Program-made: the position numbers and the translations under genes | Assembly (NCBI RefSeq): GCF_902713615.1 | Contig: NC_052156.1 | Span: forward strand, 116,103,120-116,167,119 | Direction: 5' to 3' | Length of the DNA: 64,000 nt | From: Scyliorhinus canicula | Taxonomy: Eukaryota | Part shown: piece by piece, positions 25,511 through 37,962 of the stretch | Layout of the letters: every line of letters begins with the position of its first letter | Numbering within the stretch: position 1 is the stretch's first letter | Notes under the pieces: generated by a model | What the model was told of the DNA's origin: nothing | Database searches by the model: none | What the model saw: only the letters and a program-made list of their open reading frames with translations

Positions 25511-25722
25511 TGCAAAATCCAAAACAAGAGACACAGGGACACATGGTAGGATAGGAATAAACTAAGGTTTATTTCGGTATGCACAATAACTACAAAGCAA
25601 ACAACTCCTCTCCCCGAAGGTGAAGGGGAAACCCGGCCCCCAATAATGTGAGGATTCATACTCTGCGGTAAAGGCGGGAATCGTAATGAGCATAGTACGT
25701 GTCCCCCGAGGGGGTCTTAACA
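25511..25722 (-). mobile_element. Short solo LTR-like element
   Basis: TG...CA ends, TSD CCCTC/CTCTC, shares an AAGGGGAA...GCCCC...TTCATA block with 16875-17132. Confidence 0.5.
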
Positions 25723-25846
25723 CTCTCCTTCCCCACAATCTCTGAGTGGTCACTACCAACCCCCCCCCCCCCCCAATCTAAATACAGCAAGCCGGGTAAG
25801 GCATGTAATAATATTGCGTTTCAAAATCCAAGTTACCTCCTATATT

Positions 25847-27292
25847 TGGTTCCGACTCCATCTACAAGTTTGCTGACGATACAATTATAGTGGGCCGGAT
25901 CTCGAATAATGATGAGTCAGAATACAAGAGGAAGATAGAGAACCTAGTGGAGTGGTGTAGCGACAATAATCTATCCCTCAATGCCTGCAAAACTAAAGAG
26001 CTGGTCATTGACTTCCGGAAGCAAAGTACTGTACACACCCCTGTCAGCATCAATGGGGCCGAGGTGGAGATGGATAGCAGTTTCAAATTCCTAGGGGTAC
26101 ACATCTCCAAAAATCTGTCCTGGTCCACCCACATCGGTGCTATCACAAGACAGCACAACAGCGCCTATACTTAGAACATAGAACATAGAACAGTACAGCA
26201 CAGAACAGGCCCTTCGGCCCTCGACGTTGTGCCGAGCAATGATCACCCTACTCAAGTCAACGGATCCACCCTATACCAGTAAGTAACCCAACAGCCCCCC
26301 CCATTTTTTTTTTTTAATGACTTGGTGGGCCGCATAAAGACCTTTGGCGGGCCGTAGTTTGCCCACCCCTGTTCTAGAAAGAATGCATTTTCACCACTAT
26401 AAATTAACCATTTCCACAAGGGAGAATTCGGCATAATATTTCAGCCACTAATACTTGTTTTCGCCACACAGATATCTTGCACACACAAGTTACTTTGATA
26501 CCATTAAAGTTGCTACTTGTATTTTGAGACTGGCTAATCACAATATAACACAATAATCAGACTGTTTTGAAAACATATTTCCTCAGGGGGCAAAAACGTC
26601 ACAGATAAGTATTAAAAAAAAGAATTTGACCTATTTAAGTACACGAAACAGGTCATTGTAACCTATTTGAAACAAGTTTTCAATTATTGACATTTTAAAC
26701 ATTAACTTCCTTCAGAAACTAAGGAAATTCAGCATGGCCACATTAACTATTATCAACGTTTACAGATGCAGCATAGAAAGAATCCTATCTGGCTGCATCT
26801 CAGCCTGGTATGGCAACTGCTCGGCCCAAGACCGCAAGAAACTTCAGAGAGTCGTGAACACAGCCCATTCCAGCACACGAACCGCTTCCCATCCATTGAC
26901 TCCATCTACACCTCCCGCTGCCTGGGAAAAGCGGGCAGCATAACCAAAGATCCCGCCCACCCAGCTTACTCACTCTTCCAACTTCTTCCATCGGGCAGGA
27001 GATACAAAAGTCTGAGAACATGCACAAACAGACTCAAAAACGGCTTCTTCCCCACTGTCACCAGACTCCTAAATGACCCTCTTATGCACTGACCTCATTA
27101 ATACTACACCCCTGTATGCTTCACCCATTGCCGGTGTTTATGTGGTTACATTTTGTACCTTGTGTTGCCCTATTATGTATTTTCTTTTATTCTCTTTTCT
27201 TTTCATGTACTTAATGATCTGTTGAGCTGCTCTCAGAAAAATACTTTTCGCTGTACCTCGGTACACGTAACAATAAAAAAAATCCAATCCAA
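25847..27292 (+). mobile_element. Rex1/Babar LINE, 5'-truncated, split by insertion 26172-26704
   Basis: IYKFADDT...[26 protein letters not shown]...SFKFLGVHI, resuming LRKFSM...WYGNC. (TCCAA)n tail. Near-identical to 61865-64000. Confidence 0.92.
26172..26704 (-). mobile_element. Half hAT MITE plus about 330 bp of flanking DNA inserted in Rex LINE (probable retrotransposed transduction)
   Basis: (TAGAACA)3 tail, MITE right half to TIR end 26371, then TTCTAGAA and AT-rich unique DNA. ACTT duplicated at 26169-26172 and 26705-26708. Confidence 0.75.
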
Positions 27293-27883
27293 ATACCACA
27301 ACTGTTCTCATGAATGAACAAAGTGCTTTTTTAAAGGTCTTGCCATTGTTTTAGATTTTCAATGGTGCCAAAGAAAGCGTGTCTTCTTATTTGGAAAGGC
27401 AAGAATGAATTCTATTATCGAAGGTCATGTGAAGCTCTAGTAATAGGGCAAGTAGATTGAAGACATGGATAGTGGTCAGTTCTATGGGTTTTCTCAACTT
27501 CAGATAGCTATCATTGGATTGCATTGTGAACAGTTTAATTGTGTGGTTGAGGAGATAAACTCCGCATGAGGTTGGATACGAAGCAGGACGCCATAAAACA
27601 ACAGTCCAAAACGTTTAGATAGTACTGCAAATTATTTTTGTTTTGTGCTGTCCGATGATAAATTTTTTTCACTGTATTTTTTTAAGTAAAATTAATCACC
27701 AAGTGAGTCGATAAAAGAGGAATATTAATAGGATGCATTGCAGAGCTTGGAGCAGAAAAAAATTTATTGATGGAAAGTTGAGCCCAGAGATGTTTGAAGG
27801 CTATCTGAGAGGTGATTTGTTGGTGCTGCTTCGTTGCCACTGCTGTATTTTCCTCCTCTGCTTGAATTTCTCTGGCACATCTA

Positions 27884-28702
27884 GGGCACTCTTTACCCGC
27901 TGCATTCCACCAGAATTAAGACAGGATGCGGCTGGTAAATCCTGCAAGAGCCCCTTGAGATTCCCTATGGTTGTTTCGCCCAGCGAGACCTAATGAGATC
28001 TCACGAGACGTCGCGATCTGAATCCTGCCCACAATGGACAGAATCCAGATTTGCATAGATGTGTGCGGTTAAGCTCACTTAACTATTTCTATGCTGGATT
28101 TAAACAGCCCGTGGGATCTATCAGCCTTGCCGAGGAGCTCCCATCCATGCACCATTTAGCACTGGTCTCCACAATTGGGGACCAGGCAAAATGACACTGG
28201 GAAGGGTCTCCCAGGCAATCGGAGACCTCCAGGTGGTTGGCCTCTGGGCAAGATGGTACCCTGGCACTGCTGATGCCACCTGGGAACCTTGGCAGTGCCA
28301 GCCTGACAACATGGTGGTACTACCTGGACACTTAGGCAGTGCCAGGTTGCCCAGGTAGTGTTTTGCCCATGCTGGCGATAGGGCCTGGGGTGCCCTGCCG
28401 ATATGAGGTGGGATGCAGGGAGGTTCAAGGAACCCTAACAGGTGAGTTGGGTCATTGCAGGGATCTGGGTGTCACTTCAGGGGGGGGATGCGAGAAATGT
28501 TTCCCTGGTCTCCCCCCTGCACTGGCGAGCTGAATACCTCAGTGCAGGAAATGGGATTGAGTGCAACCTCGGCGATTCCTTGCGGAGGCCCGAAACATAA
28601 CTGAGTCCTGTTTGATAGCAGGATCACCGGGGTCGCTAATCGCCAGGAAACACCAAACTAAACCCACCCAAAACAGGATTCCTTTTTTTGTTAAATCAGA
28701 CC
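27884..28702. mobile_element. Non-autonomous DNA transposon, about 0.8-kb family
   Basis: Homologous to 15147-15840 and, inverted, to 39660-41312. Confidence 0.65.
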
Positions 28703-28811
28703 TGTAATGTTTACGGTTTAAAAACATTTAAAACTGGGGAGAAGGCCTCAGAAAGGTTACGTTCCTTGTTGAGATCCACGCACGCATGAGTGTGGCCTCA
28801 ACAGGGATCTT

Positions 28812-29116
28812 GGATTCAAGTTGCATTACATCCACCCCCCACCATCTGGCCTGGACTTGCAAAATCCTACCAACTGTTCTGGCTTGAGACAATTCACACC
28901 CCTTTAACCTGTGATTATCCCTCTCCCTGGATCTGTAATGATTTGATTACCTGCGAATGCTCGCATTCCAAGCATTGTCCAGCATCTCTGACTTTGTCTA
29001 TATAAATGTTTCTGGAACATACCTCTCCATTCACCTGAGGAAGGAGCTGCGCTCCGAAAGCTTGTGTTTGAAACAAACCTGTTGGACTTTAACCTGGTGT
29101 TGTAAGACTTCTTACT
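28812..29116 (+). mobile_element. Penelope-like element terminal repeat
   Basis: TATAAA at 29001, hammerhead motif, and AAACCTGTTGGACTTTAACCTGGTGTTGTAAGACTTCTTACT, which is shared with 61742-61862 (minus). Confidence 0.75.
29032..29066 (+). ncRNA. Minimal type I hammerhead ribozyme motif
   Basis: CAC-CUGAGGA-A-GGAGC(UGC)GCUCC-GAAA-GC-UU^GUG: core boxes, stem II, palindromic AGCU stem III, stem I CAC/GUG. Confidence 0.7.
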
Positions 29117-29830
29117 AAAATAAACTCAGTATGCATTTCTCTCTCTGAATGCAGATTGAAGTCAGTAAATTCTGAAGATTTACATTTCGAATGACTGGTG
29201 TAAACCATAGCATATCATGCATGTGAATATGAATTGTTGAAACAAATTAAAGGCAGCCATACACAAAATATCCACAGATAGTTGTTTAACAAATGAACAG
29301 AGTTATCCAGTGATAGGCCTGGGATCTGTGATTCCTAGGTTTTGGATGGGAGCGGGATCAAAGGTGCAAGACTGCTTGACAGAAAAAAAAGAGGAGGAAA
29401 AGAGAACCTGTGATACTGTGGAAAGCCTTTATTATTATCAAGGGGCAGCTGGGGGCAGCTGTGTGGGAGGCAAAAGTGTTGCAGAATTGTTTTATGAGGA
29501 ATGGCATGATGGCTCAGGCAACCTAAAAATGTGGCCATTGCGTTAAAAAGTAAAATGACCCTCAAGAAAGCAATAAAGTATAAATGCACAGACAGGAATT
29601 TAACCGAAAATGTGTCAGTTGTGTGAGACAGTATTAAAAGTTAAATCCAGGTTGCAATACCTAAATTGTAGGTGTATAAACGAAAGTGGGCATAATTGGT
29701 ACAGCAGCACATTTTACCATCTGACAAGGAGACATTTTAACTGCTGGTTTATGACCTGAAAAGTTTCATGAATGAAATGTTTTGTCCACACTTCTAATAA
29801 AGGAAGTGGGCAAATGAATGTGTACATATA

Positions 29831-29986
29831 TAGAACATAGAACATAGAACAGTACAGCACAGAACAGGCCCTTCGGCCCTCGATGTTGTGCCGAGCAATG
29901 ATCACCCTACTCAAACCCACGTATCCACCCTATACCCGTAACCCAACAACCCCCCTTAACCATACTTAACCCCTCCTTAACCTTAA
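29831..29986 (-). mobile_element. 5'-truncated SINE tail, (TTCTATG)n subfamily
   Basis: Matches the 3' part of the full SINE at 55537-55884 and the MITE-captured segment. Confidence 0.85.
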
Positions 29987-30216
29987 TATGTTAAAGACTT
30001 GTCGCTTAGAGTTGACACAAGGCCATGCTGAATCTGACTTAGTTAAATGAAAGAAGACCTGAGCTTCCCAGTTGGGTACTTGAGCTTCTGACTTTGTGGC
30101 GTGTCGGGTGTCTTCTGTCGAGCATGAGGAGCCACATAACGGCCTTGGTTTTCCAATTGCAACACTATTTGCAAATCACTTAAAATAAATGTGGTTACCA
30201 TCGGAATTACAATTAT

Positions 30217-30406
30217 AGGGCAATACGGTGGTGCATTGGTTAGCACTACTACCTCACAGCGCTGAGGACCCGGGTTCAATCCCGGCCCTGGGTCACTGTC
30301 CGTATGGAGTTTGCGCATTCTCCCCATGTCTGCGTGGGTCTCACCCCCACAACCCAAAAAGATGTCCAAGGTATGTGGACTGGTCACGCTAAATTGTCCC
30401 TTAATT
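30217..30406 (+). mobile_element. Short V-SINE, tail truncated
   Basis: Head and core ending at CCCTTAATTG, fused to a Gypsy fragment. Confidence 0.85.
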
Positions 30407-31540
30407 GTCTCCAGCGCAGATGCTCATGAATCGCACTCCGAGGACCATGGTTCCAGCCATCCATGTTCCAGACCTTGACAACCTCATGGTCATACAAAAG
30501 ATGCAGCAGTCATGGGCCCAACAGAAATCAGCTTACGACGCTCATGCCACGGATCTCCCCGAGCTGGTCCCAACCGATCATGTTCGTGTACAGTTGCCTG
30601 AAAGTGGCTGATCAGCCACAGCTGTGGTGGTCAAGCAAGTGGCCCCGAGATCGTTCCTCGTCCACATGGCTGATGGCTCCTTCCTACGATGCAACAGACG
30701 GGCGCTGGGCACAGTTCCACGCCCGCCACCTGACCGTGATGTCCCACCTCACACAATACTTCCTCCGGACGTGCCATACTGCGAGGCCACCGATCTACCA
30801 GCAATCCTGCCGACCCCTGCGACCACCGCACTGGCGGCGGTCCCACCTATCCAAGCGCAGGCGGCCCCTGATCCACCCTTGAGGCGGTCAACCAGAATTC
30901 GTCGCCCACCACAGAGACTACACTTATAGACTGAACTTTTGCACAATTTTGTTACCTCATCGTTTTGACCTCGTAAATATCGTATTTACCGTTTCATCTG
31001 CCCTATATCTGCACTAGCGACACCTGCCTATGTATATAAGTTCATTTTAGCACTTTCTGTATATAGTCGCGCACATATACACACCCACACACACACGCAC
31101 GTTAATATTTTTTATCTAAAAAACAAAAGGGGGGGAGATGTCATAATATACATCTATGTATATAATGGAGTGCAGACAGGCAGTGATTGACACACAGGAT
31201 GACCAGTAAGCACACAGAACAGAGCAGCCAATCACCAGACAGGACACTACCACTATAAAGCCAGAGGGCACCAGGTTTCCCGCTCTCTCTGGACCCAGCC
31301 ACTGAGGCAGTCAGAGTTCGTGAGCTGGCCAGTGCAAACACCATGTGGTAGCTAGTAAGTCTGGTCAGGCTAGTACTAGGTCTCCAGTCAAGTCAGTATA
31401 GTATCAACCCACAATTGAAAATGTATAATAGTTAAGACGTTAAATAAAATCGTGTTGCATCTTATCAAGTGTTGGAGGTCTGTCTCTCGCTACACTGCAT
31501 CAAGTGCAGTCCACATCGACCCAGCCTGCCCAACACATCA
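30405..31540 (+). mobile_element. Gypsy-type LTR retrotransposon 3' fragment (integrase C-terminus, PPT, 3' LTR 31139-31540)
   Basis: SPAQMLMNR...PRSFLV...LRRSTRIRRPP integrase tail. PPT AAAAGGGGGGGAGA directly before TGTCAT. LTR ends ACATCA and has TATA and AATAAA signals. Confidence 0.9.
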
Positions 31541-34182
31541 CAAAGCATTGCACCGCCGTTCCGCCCTACAATTGTAATTCCAATGGTAACCACATTTATT
31601 TTAAGTGATTTGCAAGTAGTGTTGCAATTGGAAAACCAAGGCTGATATTTGTCTCCTCATGAAGTTCCATTGAACATGAATATATCTGAATTTTTCCTCA
31701 AAGATAGTTTGGGGAAAATAATATGTTGCCTTCTGAGGATTGTGCCTTAAAGAAAAGTGTACACCCAGTTGTTCTAATAGTCAGGTGAAGTGTGAGGAAC
31801 ATAGTGGTGAACCATTCCTTGTTTATGTTGTTTCTAATGACTTGTGGACAACAATGCTATCACTAAACCAAGACTATTATCTTTTACTTACTTTAACAAA
31901 GCGAGGGGAGTCCAACGTGTTTTATAAAATACATTTATTTAGCAATATCTACACGAGGCCTGGTTACACCTCACCGGGTCCTCTATCCTTTCTAGTTGTC
32001 TCTTCAGTGCCCGACCATTTATACACGTGGTGGGTAAGCCACACCACCCACAGAAAGAGAGCTCACAGTTCCAGTGTGCACAGGGAAAAAAATCATCCCT
32101 TGCTGGATGAGCCCTGTGCAGGTTATTACGCTTACCCATACAGTTGAACAGTTAGGAATTTTTATGTTTATGGTGACTGACTGGCATATGGAGAATGTAG
32201 CATAACCATTATTTCATACTTTTACATGAAGCCAAGTTGTCCCAATTGGATTTAGTGAATCCAATCATACCTGCTGCTTTGTATGTCCACTTGTTTTGAA
32301 GTAAAATAGCTGAATGATTTGTATCTGGCCTCATCTTATCAAGTGTCATGTCAGGCAAGCTTGAATAATAATTGGAAAAAGCATACAAGGTTATGCACAA
32401 AAGTCACAACTCCCTGGTTCAAAGCATAAAGGGTGTAGGATTGTTATTCTATTGTATCAATGGATTTCAGCAGTGCAGGTGCATTTTTCAAAATTAGACC
32501 CTCAGACCACTCAGTAGAATGGCTGGCACTGTGGCATCAAACCAAACTCTAAACTTACAAGTGATCAATGTAGGTGCTCTGATTTAGAATTTATGAGCAA
32601 TGAGGTAAAGGTGTCCTTTTCAAACCTTTGGCCTACAAACCTTGAGCAAGACCACTTGACAATAGGAAACATTGGGTTATCTGGACTGTGAGGGGTACTG
32701 TTTGGAGGCCCCTGCAACAGAGAGTGGTGGAGAGAGGAAGTGTATGGCATTCACACAGAGCGGGTAGGAAGAGGTTAATAAGTTGTGGGAATCAATGAGT
32801 TGATACGCATTTTTCAGACTGACTTAGGAGAGGCCACTGAGCCTGCAGGTTCTTCGTAAGTAGCGGTTAAAGAAGCACTGGGGTGATAATTAGCCATGCT
32901 GTGTGACATTTAGCGCCACAGCATGAAGTCACATTAAGAAAGCCGTTGCAAGGGATGAAGGCTGAAAGGACTCCCTCAAATGGAAATGACAGCATGTTTC
33001 TCAGTCTGTCCCCTGCTCAGTCACAGTTTCAGAGCTTTCACTCATTTATGAAAATTGTCTGCAGCCATGCAATCTCCTCAGGATACCTGCAAGCAAAGGA
33101 CTTTGACCCACTGCTGTAAGAGCCTTTTGCAGAAACACAGTTTATTTTAAACACTGACCAAGTGAGAAGGGCTATCATTAATTCCTCTGTATATATTATA
33201 TTGTAATCCTCAACATTAAACCTGATGAATCACGCTCATTGGAATGAAAGCTGCAAAGGCAAAAAATGCATTTTCGTTAATGCACAAAAGCTGTACAGAT
33301 TATAATTGTAAACTTTTCTACAGTGATTAGATTTCCTTCAGTTGCTTTTGCCTTCTTTGAGAATATGATTGGAATTAAATATTTGCCAGATTTGATGCAA
33401 CGCTTAATGCAATAAAGTTTTAAATGTATGCAATGAATAAAAATGTGTTTATTTTCAAATCGATAAGAAGTTAAGAAATTAATACAGGGCCCAGATACCA
33501 TTTAGGGTACGTGAGTGCATTATTTCTTATATTTGCTCATAGGATTTCGGCAATGCTGCAAAAAACAGCATTTATCACCCATCCATAATTGGGAAGGCGG
33601 TGGTAATCTGCCTTCTTTAAACTGTTGTAGCCCTCAGGGTGTAGGCATGCTCACAGGAGAAAATTCCAGGACTTGCACCCAGCGATGATAAAGAATGGCG
33701 ATTATAGTTCCAGTGACAATAGTATGTGACTTGGAGGGGAACTTGCATGTGGTGCTGTTTCCTTGTTCCTCCAATTGCTAGAGGTCTATGGCCACTGAAC
33801 GCCGATACTAGTGAGGGTGAATATTTAACATGGTGGATTGTGTGCCAAGCAAGCAGGTTGCTCAGTCTTGGATGGAGTTGAGCCGCTCGAGTTTTTAAAA
33901 AAAATCCTTTTTAATGGGATGTGGGTGTCGCTGGTTAGGCCAGCGTTTATTGCCTATCCCAAGTTGCCCTTCAGAAGGTGGTGGTGAGCTGCCTTCTTGA
34001 ACCGCTGCAGTTCCTGACGTGTAGGTACACCCACAATGCTGTTAGGGAGGGAATTTCAGGATTATGACCCAGCGACAGTGAAGGAACGGCAAAATATTTC
34101 CAAGATGGGGCGGTGAGTGACTTGGAGGGGAACCTCCAGGTGGTGGGGTTTCCAGATATCTGCTGCTCTTGTCCTTCTAGAT

Positions 34183-34568
34183 CAGGGGTGGGCAAACTTT
34201 TCCGTGCAAGGGCCACATTCAGAAATTCACAATTCACAAAGGGCCGCATAGTATATTAAGTAAAATAATTACTTCACCCGGTTATGATTCTGGGCGCCTC
34301 ATATAGAACATAGAACAGTACAGCACAGAACAGGCCCTTCGGCACTCGACGTTGTGCCGTGCAATGATCACCCTACTCAAGTCAACGTATCCACCCTATA
34401 CCAGTAAGTAACCCAACAGCCCGCCCCCATTAACCTTAAAAAAAAATTTAAAAAAAAAAAAAAATTTTTAAAAAAAATTTTTTTTTTTTTTTTTAATGAC
34501 TTGGTGGGCCGCAGAAATACCTTTGGCGGGCCGCATGCGGCCCGCGGGCCGTAGTTTGCCCACCCCTG
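34183..34568. mobile_element. hAT/Charlie-type MITE with captured SINE tail (copy 2)
   Basis: Same 16-bp TIRs, perfect 8-bp TSD TTCTAGAT (34175-34182 and 34569-34576). Inserted in an RTEX-like LINE 3' end. Confidence 0.95.
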
Positions 34569-35752
34569 TTCTAGATGATAGTGGTCCTGGGTTTGGAAGG
34601 TACTGTCCAAGGGACCTGGGCTAATGGACCTACACCCATTTAGACAAGTGGAGATTATTCCAACACACTTGCGCCTTGTAGATGATGTATTGTTTAAAGA
34701 TAAGTTGTTTCCTTTCCTGACCAAAGTGCCAGTTTTCTCTCACAAGATTATGCTCTAAATGTGCTATAAATGTGCTATAATGATGTCCCCGATGTTGAAC
34801 ATCAGTGTCATAACCCTCACGACACCCGCAGGGATGACCCAATTGATCTCCCCATGGAGCACGTGGAGTACCTGCTTCGCAGGTGATGGGCGGAAGCGCA
34901 TCAGCTGGGGCTCGTAGAATAAACCCTTATAAAACGGCCAGGATTGGGACCGGCATGATTGGTAATCCCAGTTGGGATCTATGTGCTGTATGCCGTGTTG
35001 TGACCTTTTCTTTTGGCTGAAAATAATCCACCATTTTGATTCACCATTTCGGGTCTCCTGAGCTTCTATACTTGGGGATCCAAACGTGATTTGGATCTCG
35101 CAGGATTTCCTGTTCCCGAGGTTGATCCCACAGGCAGAAAACGGGAGCAGAAAATTCACGCCCCTGTCTTGTCACTGCTGATATCACCAATCATTACTTG
35201 TCTGATTCCCATTGCAATTACCTGGCCAACATTCCATCCTTTGCTGGAATGGCCATTACATTTATCTGGTACCCTTCAGAACCTCAGGATGTCCTGAAGC
35301 ACTTCACAGTCAATGGAATACTTTGAATATATATTCACTACTGCAACGTCCGGAACGATAGCTTCCAATTTGCACACAAGCAGGGCTCACAAATAGAAAT
35401 GAGTTAATCAGATAATCTGGACGGGTATCTCCGTCCAGCGATACCGGAATCGCAAAGCACAATTGGGCGGAGAATCGCATGTCAGCCGAAAATCGAGGCC
35501 GTACGAGGCTGGGTGCCGTACGGAATGCCATGCTCCAGTCCCTCAACAGTCGCGTGAGTGCGTTCCATACTGCATGTTGGTGTGGGCATGCAAATTGTAC
35601 AGTAAATGCTGTTGGTGTATCATTAACAGGCCGATGCAAGCATTCCCTGTACCTCCAGTGCAAGTCAGGACCACCGTGTAGCCCGGTGGACCTGGTTGGG
35701 CATGGGGGTAACTATCATATAAATATGTCTGCCTTTCACCCCGTACAGTAAA

Positions 35753-36590
35753 TGGATTTCGGTATACAACCAGGAGTGGTAAGCGTCTGCCTGGTTGCCG
35801 CAACCCTAGTGGACACCATGAGGCTGTATGAGCAGGAGCTGCTCAGGGAAGAACCTATTGAACAGGCGCCTGCTCCAGAGGAGCAGGGGCCAGCCAGTGA
35901 GGATGGAAAACCGGCCGTCCAACAGGCCAAGCAGGAGGTGGGAAGGCAGCACAGCATCAAGCTTTGTGCGCCTGTCATTTGAGGACCTACCGAACCAAAC
36001 TTATTGGCAAAGATTCCGGCTGAGCATGGAGACCATGTGACATCTCTGCCGCATCATGGAGCATCTGGAACCACAGGGGCATGGAGGAGGACACCCGATC
36101 TTAGTGGCTGTCAGGGTGACAGGCCCCCTAAACCTCTATGTGACAGAGTCCTTCTAAGGGCCGGGTGCGGACCTGTCTTGGATTGACCTTCATGTGCAGG
36201 TGCATCCGCGTCATTACCAAATGTTGAATACATAAACCTTCATGCCCAGGAACCGAATATGGACCGAGCACACCAGGTTGCCCGGGCAGTGGGATTCGCT
36301 GCCAGCACTGGGATTCCCAAGGTCCAGGGGGTGATCGCTACGAGCACCAGTGCATAAGGGGGTGTCCTTCAAAAACCGAAAGAGGTTGCACTCAATAAAC
36401 GTGCAGTTGGTGTGTGACCAGCTGCTCATCATGCACATCTGTGCCCAATACCCAGACAGCCTTCACAATGCCTTCATCCTGGCATGCTCGATGGTGCCTG
36501 ACACATGTGAAGGGCACCCCCTGGTGAGGCGTTGGTTCCTGGGCAACAGGGGTTATCCTCTGCGGTCGTGGCTGATGACGCCTATCCGGG
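35753..36590 (+). pseudogene. Harbinger DDE transposase pseudogene (HARBI1-like)
   Basis: Frameshifted pieces RFRLS, NRKRLHSINVQLVCD...ICAQYPDSLHNAFIL and WFLGNRGYPLRSWLMTP. Confidence 0.88.
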
Positions 36591-36759
36591 GGGGGGGGGG
36601 GGGGGGGGGGGGAGGCGGGACCGGGTAATGGAACGGTGTGCAGTGGTTAGCCTGGGGACCCTAACCCGTGCCCATCTCCAACACCCATTAGAGATATTGT
36701 GCCCTTGCCCCTATAACTAACCCCATGTGCTGCATCCATGCCAACTTAACTGGTGTCTA

Positions 36760-37962
36760 ATTTCCTCACCTTATGGGCCCTAATGCTCCATCTAGGTCGT
36801 TCCCCAGGCGATACATCAGGAGTGCAGGTGGCCTGCTGTGATTCGCACCCTGTGACCTGTGTCTCCTTTGGCAGCCTCTGAGCCACAGGCACAGCAGAAT
36901 TCATCGGGAGCTAACTTGATTCCCTGATGCCGACCTCCGCCTCGGCGACTGCTCGCTCTCCAGGCCTACTGATCAGGACCAACGTCCTCTGCTCTGCAGT
37001 GGTGAGGGGCCGCATATTCGGCGGGCCCCTCTGGTCTTCTCTTTCTCCCTGTGGTTGTGGGCTGCCTTCTCCTGGGGGCCGGGACAGACAATGCATAGTG
37101 TGAAACATTCAGACTTGGGCAGCAAAGGGAGTCTGCCGGTAGTGGCCTGTGTCTGCAGGGCATCCAACCATGGCAGGCAGGATGGGTGTCAGCATGTGGT
37201 ACACGATGGGGTGCACACAAACTTCTGGTGGGTGGAGGTCAGTCGTCCTCCAAGAAGTGGGGGGGGGGGGGGGGGCGGGAGCACTACTGGTGTGTGGGTT
37301 GGGAGTCGGTGCCAGGGGCAGGGTGGTGGAGGTGGCTCACCTGGCTGGCCTGGGGGTATAACATACTATCTCCCAGAGCTGCCTGCCGGTCCGACTGGTG
37401 GGAGCTACGTGAAGAGGGTGGGGGACAGGGTTATGGGTTTGGGTGTATGTGGGATGGGGTGGTGCCAAGGACACGGAGATGGTGACTCACCTGTGCTGCC
37501 CTGAGAAGATTGTGCAGCTTCTTCCCGCACGTCTGCCCAGTCCTGGCGATGGTGCCCCTGGCACGCATAGCCACTGCCACCTGCGCCCTCCCCGGTTTAC
37601 GTCCATGGGTGGCAGCCTCCTTGCCACCCTGGGGAACAAGTGTCCTGCCTCTCCTCAACATAATCTGGGGGCAGCACGGTGGCGCAGTGGTTAGCACTGC
37701 TGCCTCACACCGCTGAAGTCCCTGGTCCGATCCCGGCACTGGGTCACTGTCCGTGTAGAGTTTGCACATTCTCCCCGTGTTTGTGTGGGTTTCGCCCCCA
37801 CAACCCAAATATGCACTGAAGGTGGATTGGCCATGCTAAATTGCCCCTTAATTGGAAAAAAATGAATTGGGTACTCTAAATTTAAAAAGAAACATAATCA
37901 AGCGATGTCTTCAGCTGTGCATCTGCAAATCTTGGGACCGTTTTTCGGGGTGGCAACGTCAT
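36760..37962 (-). pseudogene. Harbinger Myb/SANT-like DNA-binding gene remnant
   Basis: ATG at 37962: MTLPPRKTVPRFADAQLKTSLDYV, then the SINE, then RTGQTCGKKLHNLLRAAQ|GT. Next exon EKAAHNHREKEKT...RPLTTAEQR. Confidence 0.75.
37667..37890 (+). mobile_element. Short V-SINE, A-tailed subfamily
   Basis: 9-bp TSD AACATAATC (37657-37665 and 37891-37899). Confidence 0.92.

Noticed and set aside
30289-30302. GGTCA half-sites in SINE heads as estrogen response elements for RERG
   Set aside because: I saw no full GGTCAnnnTGACC palindrome. The half-site is a generic SINE feature.
35753-36628. Possible domesticated HARBI1 gene
   Set aside because: Multiple frameshifts, catalytic-region substitutions (HN for HD, GN for GD) and a position inside TIRs with a TSD mark it as a dead transposon.
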